From positions 654,548-718,547 of the forward strand of contig NW_004797669.1 of NCBI RefSeq assembly GCF_000002075.1: a stretch of DNA of 64,000 nt, given 5' to 3'. This stretch comes from Aplysia californica. Its lineage: Eukaryota. Below the pieces are notes generated by a model. The model was not told where the DNA came from. It ran no database searches and worked only from the letters and a program-made list of their open reading frames with translations. The position numbers and the translations under genes are program-made. Shown piece by piece: positions 26,601 to 38,600 of the stretch (position 1 is the stretch's first letter; each line of letters begins with the position of its first letter).

Positions 26601-29600
26601 CTGGGCCCAGCGCTACAACTGCCCCGAGGCGGGCAAGGGACAGAAGTTTTACGACTGGGACCAACATCTGGCTGATCATGGTGAGTTGTTGGACTAAGAA
26701 AAAATCACAAACAGCTTTCTGGGTGTGTGGGAGATTGATGTTGATTTTCTTTTGGCTTTGGTCTCTGTTGTTTAGGATTGGAAGAGGGCGTCTCTTGTTG
26801 ATGCAGTTCACTGGCCCCCATGGTGTAATGGTAAAGCTCTTTGCTCTAGCGTGCAAAAGACATTAGTTTCATTTCTGTCTGGGAAATTTTTAATCGAGAA
26901 TTGCCGTCGTTCTGCTTGGATGTTGTTTCCTGCTTAGCTGGGGGCCGGAGGTAATAGTGCATTCTGACTCCTGATCTGTAAAGGGGTCTCACAGATTGAC
27001 CCTGGCAACAGTTTTAGAACAGAACAAGTGTTGAACTATTTCTTCAAGTTTCACAGATAAAATATGGTACCCCCAATGAGCGGTTCATATATGCAGCTAT
27101 AATTAGTCAAATCTGCTCTGACGACCATCTGTCAAAGACAGCCGCAAGTACAAACAACCACTTCCTACTTCCTCCCTTTTGTGTTTTTATTATATTATAA
27201 TGACACTGTCCTAGAGGACCACCACCTTTGTAAGATGACCCCTGGTTGTTTTGGACAGATTTGACAGTACTTACTTTCACTTGCTCTCACAGGTTACATG
27301 CTGGTTGCTGGCCGCGTCCGCAAATCGGAGGAGGAGCAGATTGTTCTGGAAGTGCTGGAGAAACACTTGAAGCGCAAGGTGTCACCGGGCTCGTTGTTCT
27401 CCGTTACCAAAGCAACACCAGAGCCGTTTGCCGCCACTCTGGAGTCCGTGATGGGTCAGTCTGTGGACGGCTTCCAGCACATGGTGTGGACGTACAGCAT
27501 GCGGAGACTGGCGCTGCTCATTGGTCAAGCCATCCGATTTCAGGAGCCTGTTCTACTCGTGGGGTCCACTGGGTGAGTCTAGGGTGCCATGTTTCCTTCT
27601 GACTTTCTGGACTTTTCCGTTGTACTTTTTTAGTTTTTATGTTTGGCCGGACTTTATGTCTTTGCGAAAGTTACTTTGCATTTGTTTTCCTCACTTCACT
27701 CAGGTATAAATGGGTGTCAGGTCATAGACAGTGAAAAATCTGTTCGTATGTAAGTGTTTTAGTACCTGGTATGCTATCCAAGAAGATGAAATTATTTCAG
27801 AATGCTATCAGGTCTGTTGGGGTGATAATTTAGGTTATTAAGTGTAGAGAGCTTGCTTTATTAATGTGTTTTGGGGCTGAGTATCGACATTTTGCTCACA
27901 AAAATTTCATACGCTGTTACATGTATCATAAGATTTGACCACATTATATGTTTGTTTTGTTCTACTCCTCTCCCCCATCAGGATCGGTAAGACTACAGTG
28001 TGTCAGCTGTACGCTGCACTACGGGGCCAGGCTCTACACAGCGTTAACTGTCACATGCACACGGAGAGCGGAGATTTCCTGGGAGGCCTCAGGCCTGTGC
28101 GCTCCTCCTCAGATGACGCGGTGAGTTGGGTTGGCCTGCTTGTAGTTCTTCGACGTTGTGCGGCATTGTATAGGTTTAAGTAGATGCCCCGCCCCTTTTT
28201 CAACACTGTGAGGTTGGTTACTTTGAGGCAGGAGCTCTAAAGTTAATGTCAATCTCAGATGGAACTAAGCCAAATGGGCAGAGAGCCTTAAAAACTAATA
28301 TCCCCCCATTATTATATTAATTGTTAGATACTTGGTTGACCGACATTGCTAGTTGTTTCTGTTGACTTAAAGATAATGTAATACTGTGTCTCATGACAAA
28401 TTATGATTGTAAAGAGAACTGAAACAGATGGATGACATGAAAAGATTAGAAAAATAATACTGTTTTTTTTTTTTAGAGCATCCGTAAAGAGGAATAAGTG
28501 GCATCCTTTGATCACTGATATCTGTTTCAGATCTGGCTTTTGAAGAAGAGGAAAAAGAAAAAGAAGAAGAATTAAGAGCAGAAAAAGAACAAAAACAAAA
28601 AGAAGAATTAAGAGGAGAAGAAAAAGAACATAAAGTAAAAGGAGAAGAAGAAGAAGAAGAATTAAGAGGCAAAGAAAAAGAATTGAAAGGAGAAAAAGAA
28701 AAAATAGAAGAAGAAGAAGAATTGAGAGGAGAAAACGAAAAATAAAAAAATAAAAAAAGAAGAAGAATTGAGANNNNNNNNNNNNNNNNNNNNNNNNNNN
28801 NNNNNNNNNNNNNNNNNNNNNNNNNNNNNNNNNNNNNNNNNNNNNNNNNNNNNNNNNNNNNNNNNNNNNNNNNCCCCCCCCAGGCGCCAACCAGTTTTGC
28901 TCCAGGGTGAGACGTCAGTGGGCAAGACCTCGCTGGTCGTGTACCTGTCTCGTCTGAGCGGCAACGTGTGTGTCAGGGTGAACAACCACGAACACACTGA
29001 CCTGCAGGAGTACATCGGCTCTTATGTCGCAGACGAACACGGAAAACTCGTCTTCAAGGAAGGTAGGCTACAGATTACCAGGTTTTTAAATAGATTTTAC
29101 CTCATTACAAAGTCTTGGCTTGTTGACTTGATTAGATAATGCTATATCGCGAATGAACAGAAGAAATTGTGGTTTTTAACGGTTAGCGGTTGGTGCAAGT
29201 TACGTAGATGTTTCTATTTAAAAAATAGTCGTCTTGTTATAGATAGACATGGCACTTTCATCTTCAGGGAATCTTAATAACAGACACCAGTTTTCTAGAT
29301 TTTTCAGTAATTTTGAAAAATTAAATCTTTGATCTTTGCCATGTCTGTTTTGCATTTTGTCTTCACTGGACAACCGTCATGCTGCTTATCTTGAACTCGA
29401 ACTCTGATGTTCATCTCGTATGTCTGTGTATTTTTCCAGGTGTCCTAGTGGAGGCCATGAGGAAAGGACACTGGATCATCCTGGACGAACTCAACCTTGC
29501 GCCAACTGATGTGCTGGAGGCTCTCAATAGGGTGAGTACAGCACGGCTCACCTGTCAGTGACATTTCAGAAAATGAACAAATATGAAAATTAAAGTTTAA

Positions 29601-32600
29601 TTAGGTTCGCTAATTTTTGACAAATTTGCAAGTTCGGTACCCCCCGAAACTGAGAATATACGCTTTTTGGACAGTGGGAGGTACAAGCGCTGCTGAAAAT
29701 ATACACGCATTGGGCTGGAAAGGTCAAAGGTCTTTATGTTTTCGAGGGTCTTAGGAACTGCATTCATCTGTCTTAATGCTTTTTTATTGTCTTATTGTTT
29801 CACTAACACGAAAACAAAAACTCTTTCTTCGTCCAGCTGCTTGACCATAACCAAGAGTTGTTCATCCCAGAGACTCAGGAAGTTGTCCAGGCTCACCCAA
29901 AATTCCAGCTTTTTGCCACGCAGAACCCGCCTGGATTGTACGGAGGTCGGAAGGTCAGTCGGTCACTTCATCTCGATTATAACACAATTTTATTCGTCAT
30001 GAGTGTTGTAAAAACTGCAGTTTCTTGTTTTGCATCCTCAGTTTAGCTGGGCTTTGTTTCGTATTCTCAAAGTCCTATTATTAAGACATTTTCACTTTTG
30101 TTAAGGTCGTAAAGTTGACTTACGTAAGCACTGTGTAAGTTTTTTTGAAGCAACAGAAAATAACTTAAGAATTGTGTTGATGAGGGTGTGAAAAGTAACT
30201 ACATTTAAAATACTTGGACAATTGTGTTATGGCCATGACGATATGGCATCTCGCTGTTGCTTTTTTTTTTTCGGTGCTGCGGTTGTGGTATGAGCTGCTA
30301 TTATTTTTGTTGATTGAATCACATATTTATTCCATTTAAATGTCTCAAGTGCAGATTTTTAATTGCAAAAGAGGAACATGTGTTTGTGATTAGTGAAGAA
30401 TCAGTAAAACAATCTCATCCCTTTGTTTCAGGAATCAGAAGATTTATTAGCTTCTTACAGATCGACATAGGCTTCTTTGCATTTTCATTTTTTTTTACTG
30501 TCCTTGTTCCAATGATAATCAAGAGTATTTTCGTTTTGGTGTTCCCAAAAGAGTACCTTATTTTTATGTACTTATTTTTACACCAAGATAATTATAAATC
30601 GTGAGAAATCTGTCTTTTATATTAAAGGTATACACATTTGTTGTGTGCTATCAATTGTTATGTGCAAGTGGAAGGTTTTAAGATTGTTTATCAGCAAAGT
30701 AAAAGTTGGGATGTTGCGTTCTTTTAACTAATCATCTTAAGGTTAATACTCAAGTTGCAAAGAAACATGCCATTTTTTTTCAGGTTCTATCAAGAGCTTT
30801 CCGTAACAGATTTATCGAGCTTCACTTTGATGAGATTCCCCCGAAAGAGCTGGAGACGATTCTGCACGAACGTTGCGGCATCCCGCTCTCCTTTGCTCGC
30901 AAGCTGGTGGCTGTCATGTTGGAACTTCAGGTCAGTAGCTAGACTGATTATTAGAACTTAAGAGGTTTGATTACAGAAGTGGTTTCATAGAACAAAATAC
31001 CTATTTTATGTCTCTTGATTGTGAAGATAATCCTGCTAAATGTCCTGAAGGTTATTTTACAAACATTTTGAATTACAAATCATCTTACTTCTTTTTTTAC
31101 TTTTTTTTTCTAACAAGCTGTACAAGTTTCCTGTCTTATTTTCCATGGTCCTGTCTGTGTTTAAAAAAAATTATTAGCCAGTTTCTTAATGTTTGTTTTC
31201 TTTTTCCTTTCTGTGTTTCTGCAGTTGTTTTTGTGCTGAGTTGCTGTAGTTCTCGTACACAAATCTCTCCAATGTGAGTAATGGCTCTTGCATTATCACA
31301 AAGGTTACGGTTTTTTTCCCCTGGGTTCTAGGTTTTGTGCTTTATCTTTAAAAAAAATAATCATATTCATCGTTAGACTCGGCGACGTGGATCAAGCATT
31401 TTCTCTGGCAAGCAAGGCTTCATGACGCTGCGTGATCTGTTCCGCTGGGCCCAGCGCTACAACTGCCCCGAGGCGGGCAAGGGACAGAAGTTTTACGACT
31501 GGGACCAACATCTGGCTGATCATGGTGAGTTGTTGGACTAAGAAAAAATCACAAACAGCTTTCTGGGTGTGTGGGAGATTGATGTTGATTTTCTTTTGGC
31601 TTTGGTCTCTGTTGTTTAGGATTGGAAGAGGGCGTCTCTTGTTGATGCAGTTCACTGGCCCCCATGGTGTAATGGTAAAGCTCTTTGCTCTAGCGTGCAA
31701 AAGACATTAGTTTCATTTCTGTCTGGGAAATTTTTAATCGAGAATTGCCGTCGTTCTGCTTGGATGTTGTTTCCTGCTTAGCTGGGGGCCGGAGGTAATA
31801 GTGCATTCTGACTCCTGATCTGTAAAGGGGTCTCACAGATTGACCCTGGCAACAGTTTTAGAACAGAACAAGTGTTGAACTATTTCTTCAAGTTTCACAG
31901 ATAAAATATGGTACCCCCAATGAGCGGTTCATATATGCAGCTATAATTAGTCAAATCTGCTCTGACGACCATCTGTCAAAGACAGCCGCAAGTACAAACA
32001 ACCACTTCCTACTTCCTCCCTTTTGTGTTTTTATTATATTATAATGACACTGTCCTAGAGGACCACCACCTTTGTAAGATGACCCCTGGTTGTTTTGGAC
32101 AGATTTGACAGTACTTACTTTCACTTGCTCTCACAGGTTACATGCTGGTTGCTGGCCGCGTCCGCAAATCGGAGGAGGAGCAGATTGTTCTGGAAGTGCT
32201 GGAGAAACACTTGAAGCGCAAGGTGTCACCGGGCTCGTTGTTCTCCGTTACCAAAGCAACACCAGAGCCGTTTGCCGCCACTCTGGAGTCCGTGATGGGT
32301 CAGTCTGTGGACGGCTTCCAGCACATGGTGTGGACGTACAGCATGCGGAGACTGGCGCTGCTCATTGGTCAAGCCATCCGATTTCAGGAGCCTGTTCTAC
32401 TCGTGGGGTCCACTGGGTGAGTCTAGGGTGCCATGTTTCCTTCTGACTTTCTGGACTTTTCCGTTGTACTTTTTTAGTTTTTATGTTTGGCCGGACTTTA
32501 TGTCTTTGCGAAAGTTACTTTGCATTTGTTTTCCTCACTTCACTCAGGTATAAATGGGTGTCAGGTCATAGACAGTGAAAAATCTGTTCGTATGTAAGTG

Positions 32601-35600
32601 TTTTAGTACCTGGTATGCTATCCAAGAAGATGAAATTATTTCAGAATGCTATCAGGTCTGTTGGGGTGATAATTTAGGTTATTAAGTGTAGAGAGCTTGC
32701 TTTATTAATGTGTTTTGGGGCTGAGTATCGACATTTTGCTCACAAAAATTTCATACGCTGTTACATGTATCATAAGATTTGACCACATTATATGTTTGTT
32801 TTGTTCTACTCCTCTCCCCCATCAGGATCGGTAAGACTACAGTGTGTCAGCTGTACGCTGCACTACGGGGCCAGGCTCTACACAGCGTTAACTGTCACAT
32901 GCACACGGAGAGCGGAGATTTCCTGGGAGGCCTCAGGCCTGTGCGCTCCTCCTCAGATGACGCGGTGAGTTGGGTTGGCCTGCTTGTAGTTCTTCGACGT
33001 TGTGCGGCATTGTATAGGTTTAAGTAGATGCCCCGCCCCTTTTTCAACACTGTGAGGTTGGTTACTTTGAGGCAGGAGCTCTAAAGTTAATGTCAATCTC
33101 AGATGGAACTAAGCCAAATGGGCAGAGAGCCTTAAAAACTAATATCCCCCCATTATTATATTAATTGTTAGATACTTGGTTGACCGACATTGCTAGTTGT
33201 TTCTGTTGACTTAAAGATAATGTAATACTGTGTCTCATGACAAATTATGATTGTAAAGAGAACTGAAACAGATGGATGACATGAAAAGATTAGAAAAATA
33301 ATACTGTTTTTTTTTTTTAGAGCATCCGTAAAGAGGAATAAGTGGCATCCTTTGATCACTGATATCTGTTTCAGATCTGGCTTTTGAAGAAGAGGAAAAA
33401 GAAAAAGAAGAAGAATTAAGAGCAGAAAAAGAACAAAAACAAAAAGAAGAATTAAGAGGAGAAGAAAAAGAACATAAAGTAAAAGGAGAAGAAGAAGAAG
33501 AAGAATTAAGAGGCAAAGAAAAAGAATTGAAAGGAGAAAAAGAAAAAATAGAAGAAGAAGAAGAATTGAGAGGAGAAAACGAAAAATAAAAAAATAAAAA
33601 AAGAAGAAGAATTGAGAAGAGAAAAAAAAAAAAAAAAAAAGAAGAAGAAGGAGAAGAATGCTGTATGAACTCTCTGTCCGTGTTTCTATAGGAGGACCTG
33701 AAAGAACAGAAGCTGTTTGAGTGGAAGGACGGCCCCCTGGTGACGGCCATGAAGGACGGGGCCATGTTCCTGATAGACGAGATCTCCCTGGCCGACGACT
33801 CGGTGCTGGAGAGACTCAACAGGTCAGTTTGTTTTTCTCTCTGGGGTCAAAGTAAACTTTAACATCCCCCCCCGCCCCCCCACACACACACTTTGACTTC
33901 ACAATAATAATGATGATAATAATAATAATAGCTTGTCCGTCAATGTCTAACGATGACCATTGAATTTTGCAATATAATTACTTTTAAGAATTCTTTTTGT
34001 TGTTTTTATGATAGATATATTATTAAAAGTCATATAATTCAGTGTATTAAGCTATACATTCTGATTGTTATTTTATTTCCTGAATTTGGGAAATTTTTTG
34101 CACTTGCTTTTAAGGGTGGATGTATGGTACATTATGATTATTATGGGGTCGTTCTTGATTTGTGTCCATTTCATAGTTTGTATGTTTATAAAATTGTGTT
34201 GATGAGGCTGCAAAAATATTGTAAATTATGTTTTCTCGTGTCATTAGTGTCCTGGAGCCGGAGCGAACGCTGGTGCTGGCGGAGAGGGGCGGGCTGGGAG
34301 AGAGCAACGAGGCTCTGTCTGAGGTGGAGAGTGTCACGGCCGCTGAGTCTTTCAGATTGTTCGCGACCATGAACCCTGGAGGAGACTTTGGCAAGAAAGA
34401 GGTGAGGGAAAGAAACCGACTGCTCAGTGTGAGACTCCCACCATATACACACTCTGCACACTATAATTACTCAATATCACGAAAAGCAAGCCCAGCTCAA
34501 TAGTAACAACGTGTACAGGAGGTAACATTCATTTTTTTCCCCCCCTTCTTTTGTCTTTGTACTACCTGATTTCGGGCCAAAATACCTGAAATTGACTCTG
34601 AATTTACCTGAAATGAGAGCTTTGAGGTAGGCAGCTCTGTGAACAACTTATTTACAGTCTGATCCTCACATTGAAAAGATATGTGACGGAGAAGGATCTC
34701 CGGCCACGGAAAAGCAAAAAAAAGTTGGATTTTGAAAAATGTGGCATAAAGGTTTCTTGAACTGAGCCATCGTTATGTTTTCTGTACCTGTTTACTGGCA
34801 TCTGTTGGGTTGCTGTCAGACTCTTTTCTATTGCCTGCAGAAGTTGTGAGTTGGTTTTGTGAGCGTAATGTCTGTTGAAATGTGTATCCTATTCAGCCAG
34901 GGTTGGCTCTGATGGGTAGACTAGAAGCAGCCCACATCCTTTGTGATCTAAATTTGTGTAAATGAAGATGTAAACACTTACAATCCAACTGCACTCCAAT
35001 GATGGCCCAGTATTGGTCATGTCTTTCCTTCTATGTGTGTGACTTGTAAGTTCTCTCGTGTGGTCTGCTGCTTCTTTTTATTTTAAAGGTATTTTCTTAT
35101 CCACACCTTTTTAAAGATTTGTATTGAAGAATTTTTTGGGTTTTTTTTGTTTGTTGTTTATATCATTTTGGAGTTGGGTTACTTCATAGGGCCAACCTAG
35201 TGTAAATAGAATTCACCACCCAATAGACAGGCGAAGATCCTCAATAAAAGTTCTCCCAACACAGGAATTGGTCTCGGGTCTTCTGCATGAAATGGTTAAG
35301 CACCTAACCGCTGTACCACAAATGCCAATAATGGTATCCTGAATTCTTTCTGATGAAAGTGATGTTTACACGTCTCAGTCTCAACTACAAATTCTTTTGT
35401 TTGACGTGTCATTCTGTTGTTTTTCCATAGAATCTGGCTGCTCTTTTTTCTAAGGGGCATGTTTACATTTTTCCCTAGCATTATGTTTGTTTGTTTGATT
35501 TTTTTTTCAGCTGTCCCCTGCCTTGAGGAATCGCTTCACAGAGATCTGGTGCCCTCCGTCTCTAGAGAGGCAGGACTTGATTGCTATTGTGGAGAAGAAC

Positions 35601-38600
35601 ATCCGCGCAGGTCTCCAGCTTCACACTGCCGCACATGACGGATCCAGTGGCTTCGGTGCTGCCATGATTGACTTTGTGAACTGGTTCACGGCTACGGATT
35701 TTGGATCCAAGTGAGTGACGACTCGTAGAGGGTGAAGAACTGGTCTCATATGGGTCTATTCAGTTTGGTTCAAAGAAAAGTTTTTAAAAAGACCCCAACA
35801 AAACAAATGAACAAAAGTTAAAGAATAAGAGATGTGAAAAAAAAAAAGAAAGAAAAACTTGATTCTAAGTTCCTGAGACTTTTCTTTTTAAATAACCCCT
35901 TATGCCCAAAAATTGATGAGCGCCTTATTCCACCGTGTCGTATCCCAAATCGTGTCATAGGAGTATAAAACATTTACAGATGTAATTCTTATTACGTGTA
36001 TATGTAACTGTTCCTCAGGGCCACAGTGAGTATCAGAGACTTGTTGAGCTGGGTGCACTTTGTCAACTGCTGCTGCGGCCGTGCCGGCGATGAGGGGGAG
36101 GCGGAGGAAGCCATGGAGACCGACAGTAGTGGCCTTACCACACTGTGTCAGCTGAACCCTCAACAGTCGTATGTCCACGGAGCTTGCTTAGTCTTCGTGG
36201 ATAGTTTGGGAGCAGGTGAGGTCACACACATGAGAAATTGGTTAGACGGTGCCTGCCTCTGGCTGGTCTCTTTTCTTCCCTTTCACTTTGCTGTCTGTCA
36301 GTCTCTCTGTCTGTCAATCTGTCAGTCTGTCTGCTGACTTGCTTTTTGCCAGCTTTTCTAATTCTAGGAATTGTCTTAACTATTTGTTGAGGCTTCTTTT
36401 TTTTGTGAGTTTGTCAAATGATCGTGCACTAGACTACTGGATAAGACTAGTTACCTTCTTAGTGTTTACCAGCAATAATTGTACTTTAAATCTTTTTACA
36501 TCCCTTTTTTATCATCAGACGTGGAAGGATAATGTTAGCAGATTTTTAGTGGTGTTCTGATGTGGTTTGCTTCTTCTTTCCTATCAAACATCTGTCGTCT
36601 TTATCTCTCCTCCTTTTTTTGTGTTTGTTACTCTCTTGTAACCCCTATTCTTTGGTACTTATTTGACCCTATTGTTTTGCAAATGCCATAACTCTTACTA
36701 AAATTAAACTAAAAAAGATATTATTATTTTAATTATTATTATCATCGTTGTGATCCTTGGTGTTATGATTATGATGATAATGTTGATGATTTTTATATAC
36801 TTTTTTTGTATTGTGTATGTGCTGCTTACTTTATTTTAGTATTGCTCCTTGCAAAATTTTGAATCAGTTTGGCAGTCACCTGGTAACTATCATAACTAAT
36901 TCTTGGTCCTTCCTGAAATTTTCGAGCAGGTTCGACCCAGTCATGGAATGAGGCAGTCGCCCAAACATCCCGTCAAAGATGCCTGGACTTCCTGCTATCC
37001 CAGCTGTCCTCTCTGTGTGGCTCGGCACTGCGCCCCGAGGACTGCGGTCTACTGACCCCCCGGAGCAGCTTGCAAGTAGTCATCTCCGAGAGCAGCTTGA
37101 GCATACCCCCTTTCAGTATTGCCAGAGGTATTGTGAAAAGATAGTTATTGTTAGTGTTTAGCCATAGTAATTGTTAGTGTTGTGTGCCCAGATCGACAAA
37201 ATAATTCAGATCATGAAGGAGGCTGGCTACTTCGACCCTGCCTGTCAGGCCCACCACAAGTAAAATGGGAAAAAACATCCCAGCAGATGGACAGAAATAC
37301 GAGATAAAAAACTTCCCTAACCAGGAGTTGAACTCACCTCTTCAACATGCAAAGGCAAAGAGCCTAACTGCTGCTCAGTACAATGTTGCACTATCATTTG
37401 TTGTGTAGGGTATCCATGACATAAAGACTTTAATAGTTAACCTTGTAGGATTGTGATGAAAGGGTACCTGATGGAGTCTGGAGACTACAGAAATTTCTTG
37501 ACCTCTTATCATACATGTCTGTGAATTCAGAGATTCATTATCTGTTTTTCTTCAAAAGCTGATTAAGGTTATAGTTATTATGAAATTAATGTGAACTTAA
37601 TATTTAGGAAAATGGGTGGGGGAAAACTTTGCAAAAAGTGTAATTGTTTTATAGATGTTTGTATAATTTTTTGCTTTTGGGAAATGTATTATTTTTTGCA
37701 TTTTAATCAGTTTTTCACTTTTATTTAGCAGGTAGACACTAATGTAGCATGCTTGTTCTGTTTTCTTTCAGTAATTTTTCTGTCCTGGTCTTTTTCTAAC
37801 TGTTCGCTTACTAAGCACTACTTGGCTCCTTAGGTACGGGTACGTGCTACTTCTTTACTTTCTCTCTGTTGTTTCTGTCTGTCTGTCTTGCTTTTTCCCC
37901 TGTTCTAAGTAACCTTTGTTACATCGATATGTTTCTCTTTACACCAACAAATGAACAATCAAACAAAGTTTTACTTGTCTGTTATACATTTCCTGTTTCT
38001 TTTTGCCAGGTCCGTCCCGAGGAATGGACGATGTCCAGTTTTCCCTGGAGGCTCCGACCACCTGTGTGAACGGTCAGCGGTTGCTGAGAGGGCTACAGCT
38101 GGCTCGGCCCATACTCTTGGAGGGCTCGCCCGGTGTGGGGAAGACCAGCCTGGTGGCAGCTGTCGCTAGACTAGCTCGGAAAACGCTGATCAGAGTCAAC
38201 TTGTCAGAGCAGACGGTACGTTTGTTGGTTTTTTTTGTGTCAACTCTTAGTATATGGAAGGTTATTCTTCCTTTGTACTGGGCCTGTTTTGTCATCTAAC
38301 TTTTCAGCCTCACAAACTTCTCTAATACTCTGTTCCTATTTAACCTATCTGCATAGAATGAACATCAGAATGAGAAGAAACGATATATCGAAGCAGTTAA
38401 CATACAGTTTGATTATAGATAACATGAAATTGCTGAGGTTTGGTAGATTATTTTTATGGTCGGAGGTCAGCTGAACTGGCGCGCAATATACAAGGAGTTA
38501 ATGTAGGGGTTTTATGCTTCCATTGACACAATTAAGATCATTTAGGTGGCAGGCTTGCAGGGTCAACCCAAGCTGAGGGGGATATAATGTCCCAGCAGAA

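Noticed and set aside
28874-33617. Midasin with a seventh AAA module
   Set aside because: Identical copy, 100-N join, and inclusion of 1102 nt would frameshift
33235-33819. 194-aa minus-strand Ser/Phe-rich ORF
   Set aside because: Translation of the purine-rich tract plus the antisense strand of exon 30
36246-36270. Ghost of the exon 33 end (DGACL vs HGACL)
   Set aside because: Nucleotide similarity is too short and weak
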